Below are positions 11,132 to 21,728 of a stretch of DNA of 64,000 nucleotides, one piece after another. Every line of letters begins with the position of its first letter. Positions within the stretch are counted from its first letter, which is position 1. The stretch comes from Ignavibacteriota bacterium (GTDB taxonomy: Bacteria > Bacteroidota > Ignavibacteria > UBA10030 > UBA6906). The translations under genes were made by a program, and so were the position numbers. Location of the stretch: NCBI GenBank assembly GCA_963801355.1, contig CAWDEM010000008.1:320001-384000 (forward strand), in the 5' to 3' direction. The notes under the pieces were generated by a model, which searched no databases, was not told the origin of the DNA, and worked only from the letters and a program-made list of their open reading frames with translations.

Positions 11132-12532
11132 ATGACGGAACTCGGTATCCTCAGCATCCTCCCGCCGGTGATTGCCCTGGCACTCGCCCTCTGGAAAAAG
11201 AAAATCATTCCAGCTCTACTTGTCGGCGGACTGATGGCAGCGTTCCTGCTGGCGTCGTCCAGGTGGAGCTTTGTGGTGGATTACCTCGAGCGGGTGATCC
11301 AGGTAACCGGCAATCGCAGTAACCTGCAGTTGATCCTGTTTGGTGTTCTGGTGGGCGGATTGATAAAGCTGATGGAAACTTCGGGCGGTTTCAAGGGGAT
11401 GATTCTGTTGCTGGAATCTTTGAATATCCGCACGAAAAGGCCGGTCTTCATCCTCACGTGGGCTATCGGCCTCCTCATGATCCTGGAGAACTACTCCAAT
11501 ATCATGGTCAATGGAACCACCGTAGGCAGCCTGTACGACAGGATCGGCGTCCCGCGGGCCAAGCTGGCCTATTTCCTTCACAGCATCAGTATCAACTGGG
11601 TGGCGATCATCGTTTTCAACAGCTGGGGGGCCTTCTACATGACTCTGCTGGCTGGTCAGGGAATTGCAGATCCCTTTCGCGTTGTCATCAACTCGATGAC
11701 CATGAATTTCTACTGCATGGCAAGCCTGGTGATGATTGTCCTAACCATGATCTTCGGCTGGAACCTCGGGGCGATGAAGAAGTATCCTGAAAGAGGTCCG
11801 CAGTCAGCCGATGGTGAAGGCCAACCGGCAGGAAGAAGTGACGAGGCACCTGACACTTCTCATTCGTCACCTTCTGCCAGTCTGCTCGTTATCCTTCCGG
11901 TCCTGGTGTTGGTTGCCACCATGCTGATCTCCCTGGCAGCCACCGGAGGAGGATCGATGCTCAAGGGTGACGGGACCGCTTCAGTGTTCTATGCAGTCCT
12001 GGCAGCGATTGCGGTCCTGGCATTGATGGTGCAGTTCAGGCCAAAAGCCGAGCGGCCTTCGATCGAAAAATCGGTCTATTCGGGCATCGGTGATTTCATG
12101 GAGGTGGGAATTCTGCTTGCTCTGGCTCTCACGCTGGGGAGTCTCTGCAAGCAGATGGGGACCGGCCAGTACATCGCAGGCCTGGCTTCCGGAAACGTTC
12201 CGGAATTTTTGATGCCTCTGATCTTCTTCTTTGTGAGTTGTCTGATCTCCTTTGCAACCGGCACATCATATGGAACATTCAGCATCATGGTTCCACTCGC
12301 GGTTCCTGTTGCTCAGGCCATGAATATCCCCTTGCCATTGATGTTTGCGGCATGTATATCGGGCGGAGTATTCGGAGACAATACCTCTCCATTCTCAGAC
12401 ACTTCGGTCATCACTGCCATTTCGGCCAAGACCGGAGTGGTTGAACACGTAGAGACGCAGCTGCCGTATGCGCTGGTTTCGGCGACCTTTGCCGGAGTGA
12501 TGTTTGTGGTGGCCGGGTTGTTGTTGGTATGA
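11132..12532 (+). CDS. NhaC-family Na+/H+ antiporter-like transporter
   Basis: LSILPPVIAL start, SFATGTSYGT, GGVFGDNTSPFSDT and HVETQLPYA motifs. Confidence 0.85.
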   Translation: MTELGILSILPPVIALALALWKKKIIPALLVGGLMAAFLLASSRWSFVVDYLERVIQVTGNRSNLQLILFGVLVGGLIKLMETSGGFKGMILLLESLNIRTKRPVFILTWAIGLLMILENYSNIMVNGTTVGSLYDRIGVPRAKLAYFLHSISINWVAIIVFNSWGAFYMTLLAGQGIADPFRVVINSMTMNFYCMASLVMIVLTMIFGWNLGAMKKYPERGPQSADGEGQPAGRSDEAPDTSHSSPSASLLVILPVLVLVATMLISLAATGGGSMLKGDGTASVFYAVLAAIAVLALMVQFRPKAERPSIEKSVYSGIGDFMEVGILLALALTLGSLCKQMGTGQYIAGLASGNVPEFLMPLIFFFVSCLISFATGTSYGTFSIMVPLAVPVAQAMNIPLPLMFAACISGGVFGDNTSPFSDTSVITAISAKTGVVEHVETQLPYALVSATFAGVMFVVAGLLLV

Positions 12533-12566
12533 AGGGAAACAGGTATACGGGATATTCACTATATAG

Positions 12567-12815
12567 GCACGCCTCTACGAGGACGGCTCATGTGATGGGG
12601 AGTATCAGGTTATGGACCATGTTGTTGACTGGAAGTCCTCCAACAAGTGGCACGGCAAAGTCCTGTCATTGAAGTTCGATGGTAACTCGGTTCTGGTGGG
12701 AGGAATGGATACAAACATAGAGGTTTACAACGGCTGGTACGATGCATTTCTACTCGTTTTGGGCCTTGCCGTTCATTTGACAATCGTCATACCGTTTGTT
12801 ATCATGCGCGGGTAA
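12567..12815 (+). pseudogene. Probable gene fragment (hypothetical)
   Basis: Protein-like frame (RLYEDGSCDGEYQVMDH...WHGKVLSLKFDGN) with no convincing start; its 3' part runs into a promoter. Confidence 0.3.
12777..12805 (+). promoter_or_regulatory. Sigma70-type promoter
   Basis: TTGACA-N17-TATCAT. Confidence 0.55.
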
Positions 12816-13371
12816 AACATCGGTCTCCATGCGGTGGACGGGGCGGTTGCCGTGTGAGGCCTGAGAGCGCAAGTCCGATCCTTGCCTCTGCTCTTGTACT
12901 CACGTCTCTCGTTCACGGTAGCCAGCCTCGCTTGTAGCCCAAGCTTCTTCGTCACCACAGCGGCTCGTGCCGTCCCAACTATCATTTGCGAGAAACATCC
13001 CCTCGTGTCATTGTTGGGACGCGTCCCGCTTCAGCGGGATGCCCCGTTCATTCATAGGAAACAATAGTTGCAGGGGCACGAGTCTCTCTATGCTTAAGCT
13101 AACAGTTGCGCGAGCTCTTGAGCTGGACACGTATCCCGCATCCTCATCGCGGCTGCTACGCCGAAGATTTAAGATACCATCAGATGGATGGACCTTTTCG
13201 TCTCTTGTGGTGAGTTTCTTCCGATTGGGCAGAAAAGAAGGATCCTCCTATGAAACGCATGCCGGTTGTCGCTGCGCCGCCGAGTGTTTCTGGGATAACT
13301 GTCTACCCGACGACCCACCGAGTCCTATCTCGAGTCAGTATCCACCTACAACCACCCTTACGGAGGCTAAT

Positions 13372-13827
13372 ATGCGAAAGCTATGCTTGGTCGTTGCAGT
13401 CCTGATGTTGCTCCCTTCTGCGTATCTCATTGCGCAAGAATGGTCGGCGGCTCAGAAGGAAATCTGGAAGGTTGAGGAAGAGACTGTCGCAGACATAGAG
13501 AAGGGGGACGTGGAGAAGATTATGAGTTATATTCACCCAGATTATCGTGGGTCTGGTCATGGCAGTCCCCTCCCAATTGACAAAAGCATTTTTCGCAAAC
13601 AGGCTGAGCAGATGGTAAAGACCTACCCGGCAAGAAGCGTGTTTCTGCAACCAGCTGCCATTCAGGTCTTTGGAAACACTGCCATAGTCCACTACATTGC
13701 GACGATAACACTGAAATCAGTGGATGGTAAAGAGGCAACATCACAAGCGGCGTACATCGACGTCTTTGTGAAACAAGGTGACAAGTGGCTCATCGTTGCC
13801 GATAACGGCTATGAGTTGAAAAAGTGA
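13372..13827 (+). CDS. Exported NTF2-like/DUF4440 family protein
   Basis: GGAGG RBS, signal peptide, SnoaL/NTF2-type pattern (IQVFGNTAIVHY...DVFVKQGDKWLIV). Confidence 0.8.
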   Translation: MRKLCLVVAVLMLLPSAYLIAQEWSAAQKEIWKVEEETVADIEKGDVEKIMSYIHPDYRGSGHGSPLPIDKSIFRKQAEQMVKTYPARSVFLQPAAIQVFGNTAIVHYIATITLKSVDGKEATSQAAYIDVFVKQGDKWLIVADNGYELKK

Positions 13828-13864
13828 AGACGAATGCGTGTGGATGTGCAACTGCGAGTATTGC

Positions 13865-13888
13865 AGCCCGGGCAGCGATGTCCGGGCT
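13865..13888 (+). repeat. GC-rich hairpin with GNRA loop, copy 1 (terminator/REP-like)
   Basis: AGCCCGGGCA-GCGA-TGTCCGGGCT; near-identical copy at 62514-62535. Confidence 0.6.
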
Positions 13889-13939
13889 CTTGATTTCGGG
13901 TGCCGCTGCAATTCCGCTCCGCCTTGTCTCTGAGGGTTG

Positions 13940-14130
13940 GCATTAGTACATTGCCGATGAACAAGTACGGGAAAATCGACTATCACATTTCAGGGAGACT
14001 TGCTGGTAGCTGGTTCGTCGAAGGGTTGCCCGCTGGTCCCGCAACCGTCGTTTCGGCTGGGTGGACGAAGCATCTAGCGATCGTGTACGACATGTTGAAC
14101 CCTTCTGCGATCCGTATCGCCATCGGGAAA
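13940..14130 (+). pseudogene. Internal fragment of an unidentified protein
   Basis: Protein-like stretch KYGKIDYHISGRLAGSWFVEG...HLAIVYD...IRIAIG lacking a plausible start and end. Confidence 0.35.
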
Positions 14131-14192
14131 GTGGCACTAAACCGCGAACGGCGATGTACTATTGCGGCTCTGCCTAGCATCCGGGAGAACAC

Positions 14193-15203
14193 ATGAGACC
14201 CAAGATGATCTTGTTCCTTGCCGTAATTGCAGTTATGGCTTTTGGACAATCCAGTATTCGCCCCCAGACCGGTGAAGCACGAACCAAAAAGGCTGACGGC
14301 TTGTCTATTTCACCTGCCGACTTCACGAAATCCGGTCTGGTCTATATAAGTCATGTGACCCTTGATTATGTGACGGTGCTTGACCCTGAAACCAATCGGT
14401 TCATTGGCAGAATCAAATCAGGAAATGGTCCTTGCTGCGTCGACCTTATGTCTGCAGGCGACCGCGGGTACATCGCCAACTATAGATCAAACGATGTAAC
14501 GGTCTTTGACAGGAAGACTGGAAAGACCATCGCAACAGTGCCGGCAGGCGAACATCCGTCTCATCTCAGCCTGACAACTGATTCAAGATTCTTGCTCATT
14601 GGTCACGAATCCAGCGACGGTCTCTGGTTCCTGGACACTCGTACAAACCAGATCACCAAGAAACTCTCAGAGGGAACTGGGATATTGTGCAGACTAGATC
14701 ACGGCAAGAAGATCTACCAGAGCCAGATCTTTATTCCGTACGTATTTGTGATAGACCCAGAGACCCAGATAGTTACAAAGAGGATCAATGTTGGCGGACG
14801 CCCTCTCGACCTTGCGTTCTCACCGGATCAGAAACATCTCTATATCGCAAATTATGACCTAAATGAACTGGAGGGCATCGATACGGAAACCGATTCCGTC
14901 GTTGTGAGAATTCCTCATGTGAGCAATGCACGCGGGATTGCCGTAACACGCGACGCCAGGTTTGCCTTCGTAACAAACGTCGAATCGTCAACCGTGACGG
15001 TCGTTGACCTGTCATCTGCAGAGATCGCAAAGGTTATCCCTGTGGGGGCGATGCCGACGTCGATTGCTTTACGTACCGACGGGAAACTTGCCTATGTGTC
15101 TTGTCAGGGTAGTGCCTCTGTTTTTGTCATAGACACGCAAACTCAGGAAATCGTTCGCTCAATTGTTGTTGAGAGTAATCCAATCCAAGTGCAGGTGAAG
15201 TAA
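14193..15203 (+). CDS. YVTN/YncE-type beta-propeller exported protein
   Basis: Repeated ~42-aa units (YIANYRSNDVTVFD, FVTNVESSTVTVVD); signal peptide. Confidence 0.85.
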   Translation: MRPKMILFLAVIAVMAFGQSSIRPQTGEARTKKADGLSISPADFTKSGLVYISHVTLDYVTVLDPETNRFIGRIKSGNGPCCVDLMSAGDRGYIANYRSNDVTVFDRKTGKTIATVPAGEHPSHLSLTTDSRFLLIGHESSDGLWFLDTRTNQITKKLSEGTGILCRLDHGKKIYQSQIFIPYVFVIDPETQIVTKRINVGGRPLDLAFSPDQKHLYIANYDLNELEGIDTETDSVVVRIPHVSNARGIAVTRDARFAFVTNVESSTVTVVDLSSAEIAKVIPVGAMPTSIALRTDGKLAYVSCQGSASVFVIDTQTQEIVRSIVVESNPIQVQVK

Positions 15204-15357
15204 TGTGACAGTTACGGATTTCCGCCACTACCGAGATCAGTACTTGCCATTTGACTATCCTTTCGTTTCCGCGTACCTTCTGGCAGAATCGTGGGTGAGC
15301 CCCCGCCCGCGATCGACTCTAAATGTTGTCGACTGACTGCAGCGGGAATTTGTGGTA

Positions 15358-15506
15358 TTATTGGCTCGATGTCTTCCGAACGACATTCTTTTTGTCGGTT
15401 CCCACCTTCGGCCGATATCGTCTTCCATGAACTCGATAGTCAAGTTGGTAGACGGTGGAGCCTTTGGATGACCGCCTTGCTTGAGAGTAACCTTTGGAGT
15501 GGCCAT
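15358..15506 (-). pseudogene. Truncated integrase N-terminus (Arm-type DNA-binding region)
   Basis: Joining two frames gives MATPKVTLK-RRSSKGSTVYQLDYRVHGRRYRPKVGTDKK...stop, 110 nt downstream of the tRNA 3' end and co-oriented. Confidence 0.5.
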
Positions 15507-15615
15507 GCTGTATCCCTACCTTTCCCTGTGGTTCCTTGAAAGATGGGCACGATTTGGACACGTGGCCAAGAGGTGAGCACTTTTGTGTAACAACGATGCG
15601 GGGGAAACGGAAGAG

Positions 15616-15702
15616 CGGAGAGGCAGGGATTCGAACCCTGGATACCGCAAGCGGTATACCGGTTTTCGAGACCGGCGCCTTCAACCACTCGGCCACCTCT
15701 CC
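15616..15702 (-). tRNA. tRNA-Ser(CGA), CCA not encoded
   Basis: GGAGAGG acceptor stem, D-loop GAGTGGTTGAAG, CCGGT-CT-CGA-AA-ACCGG anticodon arm, long variable arm, GGTTCGAATCC, discriminator G. Confidence 0.97.
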
Positions 15703-15784
15703 ATGGTTGAATTTAAAAATATACGCAAAGCTCTCCGGATCCGCAACAGCAGCCGAGCAATCATCCCGTCCCCCGCGCACTTCG

Positions 15785-15813
15785 TTGCGATTGAGGCGCC
15801 CGGATTGTATATT
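15785..15813 (+). promoter_or_regulatory. Sigma70-type promoter of gmd operon
   Basis: TTGCGA-N17-TATATT ending 5 nt before ATG 15819. Confidence 0.5.
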
Positions 15814-15818
15814 GAAAA

Positions 15819-16796
15819 ATGCCTCGCGCGCTCATAACGGGTATCACCGGCCAGGATGGCTCCTATCTCGCCGAACTCCTCCTTTCAAAGGGGTACGAAG
15901 TTCACGGCATTGTCCGCCGTGTCGCCCTTGAAGATCCTTCACACCGCATGTGGCGGATTAAGCACCTCCAGAACGACATCCAGTTGCATGCGGGCTCGCT
16001 TGAGAGTTTCCCGAGCATCTACCGGACGATCGTCAACGTCAAACCCGACGAGTGTTATCACCTCGCCGCACAGAGTTTTGTGAGCTATTCCTTCGAAGAT
16101 GAGTTCTCCACGCTGAACACGAACATCAATGGCACTCATTTCATGCTGACCGCCTTGCGCGACGCACGGCCGGAGTGCCGGTTCTATTTTGCTGGTTCGA
16201 GCGAGATGTTCGGCAAGGTGCGGGAAGTGCCGCAAAGTGAAAGCACATCGTTCCACCCGAGATCGTCGTACGGGATTTCCAAAGTCGCCGGATTTGACCT
16301 CACCCGGAACTACCGGGAAAGCTACGGGTTGTTTGCGGCGAACGGCATCCTCTTCAATCACGAGTCTCCCCGGCGCGGGTTTGAATTTGTTACACGAAAG
16401 ATCACCTACCAAACCGCGCGCATAGCACTGGGATTGGCGACCGAACTGCGGCTGGGAAACCTTGAGGCAAAACGGGATTGGGGGCACGCCAAGGAATACG
16501 TCCCCGCAATGTGGATGATGTTGCAGCAGAAGGAGCCGGATGATTATGTCGTCGCCACCGGCGAAGCGCATTCCGTCCGTGAGTTTTGTGAAGCCGCATT
16601 CGCGTACATCAACAAAGACTACCGCGATTTCGTTGTGGTAGACGACCGGTTCTTCCGTCCGGCCGAAGTGGAGGTGCTGAAAGGCGACAGCAGCAAAGCC
16701 CGGCGCGTGCTGGGATGGAACCCCCGGATCGGTTTCAGCGATATTGTGAAAGAGATGGTACAGACGGATATTGACTTGCTGAAGGAAGGGAAATAG
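15819..16796 (+). CDS. gmd: GDP-mannose 4,6-dehydratase (short type)
   Basis: [36 protein letters not shown] and RDWG motifs. Confidence 0.92.
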   Translation: MPRALITGITGQDGSYLAELLLSKGYEVHGIVRRVALEDPSHRMWRIKHLQNDIQLHAGSLESFPSIYRTIVNVKPDECYHLAAQSFVSYSFEDEFSTLNTNINGTHFMLTALRDARPECRFYFAGSSEMFGKVREVPQSESTSFHPRSSYGISKVAGFDLTRNYRESYGLFAANGILFNHESPRRGFEFVTRKITYQTARIALGLATELRLGNLEAKRDWGHAKEYVPAMWMMLQQKEPDDYVVATGEAHSVREFCEAAFAYINKDYRDFVVVDDRFFRPAEVEVLKGDSSKARRVLGWNPRIGFSDIVKEMVQTDIDLLKEGK

Positions 16797-16821
16797 GCAC
16801 GTGGCACTTTCCGACCCGACC

Positions 16822-17862
16822 ATGACCCGCGCACTCATTACTGGTATCACCGGACAGGATGGCTCGTATCTCGCAGAGCTGCTGCTCGAAAAGGGATACG
16901 AAGTTCACGGCATCATCCGCCGCAGCAGCTCATTCAACACCGGACGCATCGATCATATCTACAATGACCCGGAGATTTCGGGCAAGCGGTTCTTCCTGCA
17001 CTACGGAGATCTCACCGACACGAGCAATCTCAACCGTCTGCTTGAAAAGGTTGAGCCAGATGAGATTTACAACCTTGCCGCCCAGAGCCACGTCAAGGTC
17101 TCATTCGAGCTGCCGGAGTACACAGCCGAAGTAGACGCCGTCGGGACGCTACGCTTCCTGGATGGAATTCGGGAGACCGGCTTGAAGACGCGGTTCTATC
17201 AGGCATCCACCAGCGAGCTATACGGAAAAGTGCAGGAAGTGCCGCAGAACGAGAAGACCCCGTTCTATCCGCGCAGCCCATACGGTGTGGCCAAACTCTA
17301 TGCCTACTGGATCGTCGTGAACTACCGTGAAGCGTACGGTCTTTACGCAACGAATGGGATTTTATTCAATCACGAGTCCCCGCGTCGTGGTGAGACGTTT
17401 GTCACGCGAAAGATCACACTCGCCGCAGCGCGCATCAAGCTGGGACTCCAGAAGAAGCTCACGATCGGTAACCTGAGCTCGCAGCGCGACTGGGGATATG
17501 CGCCGGAGTACGTCGAAGGGATGTGGCGCATACTGCAGCATCCGCAACCAGGAGACTACGTCATGGCGACCGGCGAGAAACACACCGTGCGGGAGTTTGT
17601 CGACCGGTCATTCGCCGAGCTCGGCATGCCGTTGGAGTGGAAGGGCGAAGCGGAGAATGAGAAGGGGGTAGCAGCCTCCACGGGAGAGGTGGTGGTGGAA
17701 GTCGACCCCCGGTATTACCGGCCGACTGAAGTAGAACTTCTCATCGGCGATTCAACGAAGGCACACACGGAACTGGGTTGGATGCCGAAGACCCACTTCC
17801 GGGAATTAGTCCGCATCATGGTGCAGGCCGATTTGGAGAAAGTAAGGAAGCGCGGGTTCTGA
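16822..17862 (+). CDS. gmd: GDP-mannose 4,6-dehydratase
   Basis: [31 protein letters not shown] and [15 protein letters not shown] motifs. Confidence 0.95.
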   Translation: MTRALITGITGQDGSYLAELLLEKGYEVHGIIRRSSSFNTGRIDHIYNDPEISGKRFFLHYGDLTDTSNLNRLLEKVEPDEIYNLAAQSHVKVSFELPEYTAEVDAVGTLRFLDGIRETGLKTRFYQASTSELYGKVQEVPQNEKTPFYPRSPYGVAKLYAYWIVVNYREAYGLYATNGILFNHESPRRGETFVTRKITLAAARIKLGLQKKLTIGNLSSQRDWGYAPEYVEGMWRILQHPQPGDYVMATGEKHTVREFVDRSFAELGMPLEWKGEAENEKGVAASTGEVVVEVDPRYYRPTEVELLIGDSTKAHTELGWMPKTHFRELVRIMVQADLEKVRKRGF

Positions 17863-17946
17863 GCAGTTGTGCTCAGAAATTTGGACGTGGCGATTTTGGG
17901 TCGCATCATCTGTTCTCGAACTGCATTATGAATCCCTAACCTTTAG

Positions 17947-18951
<1,005 letters not shown>

Positions 18952-18959
18952 AATCTACC

Positions 18960-19154
18960 ATGCCTTCTCCGACAGAAATCCAGACCTCCATACTCCGGCA
19001 TATGACGCCGGAAGAGAAGCTCAGGGCAGCGACTCAGCTATTTTGGTCTGCGTGGGGGTTGAAAGAGGGGTACGTGCGGTCAATGCATCCCGAATGGACT
19101 GCGAAAGAAGTGAACGAAGAAGTCAAGAGGTGGATGCAGAGTGGAACAGAATAG
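18960..19154 (+). CDS. Small helical protein, putative partner/antitoxin of downstream nucleotidyltransferase
   Basis: 64 aa (LRHMTPEEKL...HPEWTAKEV) overlapping the start of the next gene. Confidence 0.6.
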   Translation: MPSPTEIQTSILRHMTPEEKLRAATQLFWSAWGLKEGYVRSMHPEWTAKEVNEEVKRWMQSGTE

Positions 19155-19710
19155 TCCGCTGTTGATGTTGTTCCTACGCCCGCTGAACGGGTCTGGGATC
19201 GTGTACATGGTGACGGGTTCAGCGGCGGCGATGGTGTACGGAGAGCCGCGGATGACGTATGATGTCGACATCGTCATTGAGATGCATCTGGGGGAATCTT
19301 CGAGTGTGGCCCAATTATTTCCGGCGGAGGTGTTCTATGTACCGCCCCCGGAAATTCTGGAGGGGGCCTTCAGAGGGACGGGGCCGGGGCATTTCAATGT
19401 GATTCACATGACGACAGGGTTCAAGGCGGACTTCTATATAAGCAGGGGTGAAGCTCTTCACCGATGGGGTCTGGATCGCCGGGAGAAGGTTATGGTGGAA
19501 GGTGAGCCCGCGTGGTTGGCGCCCCCTGAGTACGTGATAATCCGTAAGCTCCAGTATTTTCGCGAGGGCGGGAGCGAAAAGCACATACGAGATATCAAGA
19601 ACATGTTGCGGATTTCAGCGGATAGGATAGATCGAGCAGTCCTCCAACGCTTGGCTGAAGAGAATGATGTTGGCGAGCTTATGCTTGCTCAACTTGGTGA
19701 TAATTTGTAG
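19141..19710 (+). CDS. Pol-beta superfamily nucleotidyltransferase (AbiEii/DUF6036-like)
   Basis: TGSAA...GEPRMTYDVDIV (GS...DxD) and KL...SEKHIRDI motifs. Confidence 0.7.
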   Translation: MEQNSPLLMLFLRPLNGSGIVYMVTGSAAAMVYGEPRMTYDVDIVIEMHLGESSSVAQLFPAEVFYVPPPEILEGAFRGTGPGHFNVIHMTTGFKADFYISRGEALHRWGLDRREKVMVEGEPAWLAPPEYVIIRKLQYFREGGSEKHIRDIKNMLRISADRIDRAVLQRLAEENDVGELMLAQLGDNL

Positions 19711-19830
19711 GTCAATGGCACGTCATTTGCTGCCAGCTAGGGTGTGATTGGCGACGTTCGTACGGAATGTGTGCCAATTTGGCCGAAATCTGCTCTCAAA
19801 CACAAGTCCAACCCATCTGTGGAAGAAGAA

Positions 19831-20811
19831 ATGGAAAAGCAAAAGTCAGCTCTAGTGTGTGGTGCAGGAGGCTTTATTGGAAGTCATCTTGTCAAACGGC
19901 TGAAGCGCGAGGGATACTGGGTACGTGGGGTGGATCTGAAGTATCCGGAATTCAGTCCCACCGCGGCAGATGATTTTGTCATTGGCGACCTTCGTGATCA
20001 GAATGTGTGCAAGAACATCACCGATCGGAAGTTTGATGAGTTATATCAACTTGCAGCGGACATGGGTGGGGCAGGGTACATTTTTTCGGGCAACCATGAT
20101 GCCGACGTAATGCATAACTCGGCGACCATCAACCTGAACATGGCAGACCGGGCGAGGGCTACGGGACTGGGCAAGGTTTTCTATTCTTCTTCCGCGTGTA
20201 TGTATCCTGAATACAACCAGATGGATCCGGACAACCCGAAGTGTTCCGAGGATTCGGCGTATCCTGCGGCTCCCGACAGTGAATACGGGTGGGAGAAGCT
20301 CTTCAGCGAGAGGCTATTCCTTGCCTATATGCGGAACTATGGACTTCCTGTTCGTATAGCCCGTTTCCACAACATCTTCGGGCCTGACGGGACGTGGCAG
20401 GGTGGCCGTGAGAAGGCGCCGGCTGCGTTATGCCGAAAAGTTGCTCGCCGCTCCGATGGTGGTGAAATCGAAATTTGGGGAGATGGTTTGCAGACCCGGT
20501 CGTTCCTGTACATAGACGAGTGTCTGGAGGGTGTGCGCCGGCTGATGCAGAGTGAATTCACGGGCCCTGTGAATATCGGTTCCGAAGAGATGGTAACGAT
20601 AAACCAGTTGGCTGAAATGGCGATGGGGATTGCGGGGAAGAAGTTGCGGTTGAATCACATCAAAGGTCCTCTGGGTGTCCGTGGCCGCAACTCGGACAAT
20701 CGTCTGATCCGGGAGAAGCTTGGTTGGGAACCATCGCACAAACTCAGTGAAGGATTGAAGGTCACGTATAAGTGGATTGCGGAGCAGCTTAAGGCGACGA
20801 AGAAGGGGTAG
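19831..20811 (+). CDS. NAD-dependent epimerase, GDP-mannose 3,5-epimerase-like
   Basis: GAGGFIG, LAADMGGAGYI, SSACMYP, YGWEK, GGREKAPAA and GVRGRNSDN motifs. Confidence 0.85.
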   Translation: MEKQKSALVCGAGGFIGSHLVKRLKREGYWVRGVDLKYPEFSPTAADDFVIGDLRDQNVCKNITDRKFDELYQLAADMGGAGYIFSGNHDADVMHNSATINLNMADRARATGLGKVFYSSSACMYPEYNQMDPDNPKCSEDSAYPAAPDSEYGWEKLFSERLFLAYMRNYGLPVRIARFHNIFGPDGTWQGGREKAPAALCRKVARRSDGGEIEIWGDGLQTRSFLYIDECLEGVRRLMQSEFTGPVNIGSEEMVTINQLAEMAMGIAGKKLRLNHIKGPLGVRGRNSDNRLIREKLGWEPSHKLSEGLKVTYKWIAEQLKATKKG

Positions 20812-21728
20812 CGGGAAGTGCTCAGTCGAATACGGAGCCGGTTCCGTGACGGGAGTGGGACTTGGGGTCATGCGACTCACTGGAAAAACAAGGTGTGGAG
20901 AGACAGAGCTCTCCCAAACCCTGACGTCCCACTCGCCTGGAGTTCGAGGCTGATCAATGGAGTCCAAATGTTCACCTCGGCGCCGGCCAGCCACGTAAGT
21001 AACCTGAATAGGAATTTAGAAAAAGTGAGGGGGGATCTCGAACGTAACGACCAATTCTGCGGCCTGGATAGTAGCGATGCATTGAGAGGGGATCGAGGTT
21101 TCAGCGAAATCACTTCCCAAGAAAGGTTACCAAGGACGCTCGAGTCGCATGAGACTGAGAGAGGCAAGAGGTCAAGGGGGTTGCAGGTTGGAATCGGTTA
21201 GCTGAGAATAGTGTGTTTGTGTTGACGTGAGGCTGTCGATCTCATCTGATATGTCAGTCATAGACATCGTTCAAATCTCCAGCCTTTACCTCTCACTTCT
21301 TTACTTCCATCTTCATCTTTTTCGTAACCGGGTCATGGAAAACGCCCGGTGGCAAAAGATTTCGATTGAATGCATGGCTCATTTCCATCAGAACATCAAA
21401 AGCCTTTGCCGCTCTCGAAGAATACAAGACTCAAGCCTGCTTGACTGTGGACCCTACTGCCTCCAATTATTACGCCTTGGACGCTCGATCTCTGGAGACG
21501 ATCTCTGGTGTCGACCCTCTCGCTTGTAGTATCTCGCGACGAAGGTGTCATCGATGATGTTCAAGTGAATTGGACGCGACCTAGGGACCTGAATCTGGGT
21601 GAAGCGTCCGTACCTAGTAGGACATCGATTGTGTGAAAGACTGACTCAGAGTTGTTCAAATTGGACCCCAATCCGGGGCCGTTCTTTGAAAATTTCACGA
21701 CGGCCCCGCCGACAATAGAACAGCACTC

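Noticed and set aside
12840-12900. CTGAGA motif suggesting a TPP riboswitch
   Set aside because: No downstream ACCTGA or AGGGA core and no thiamine-related gene
13090-13300. Possible integron attC site (GCTAAC...)
   Set aside because: No matching GTTRRRY end or L-box pairing, and no IntI in the window
20818-21557. Short ORFs between the epimerase and the flippase
   Set aside because: No recognisable motifs or RBS; treated as intergenic or decayed sequence
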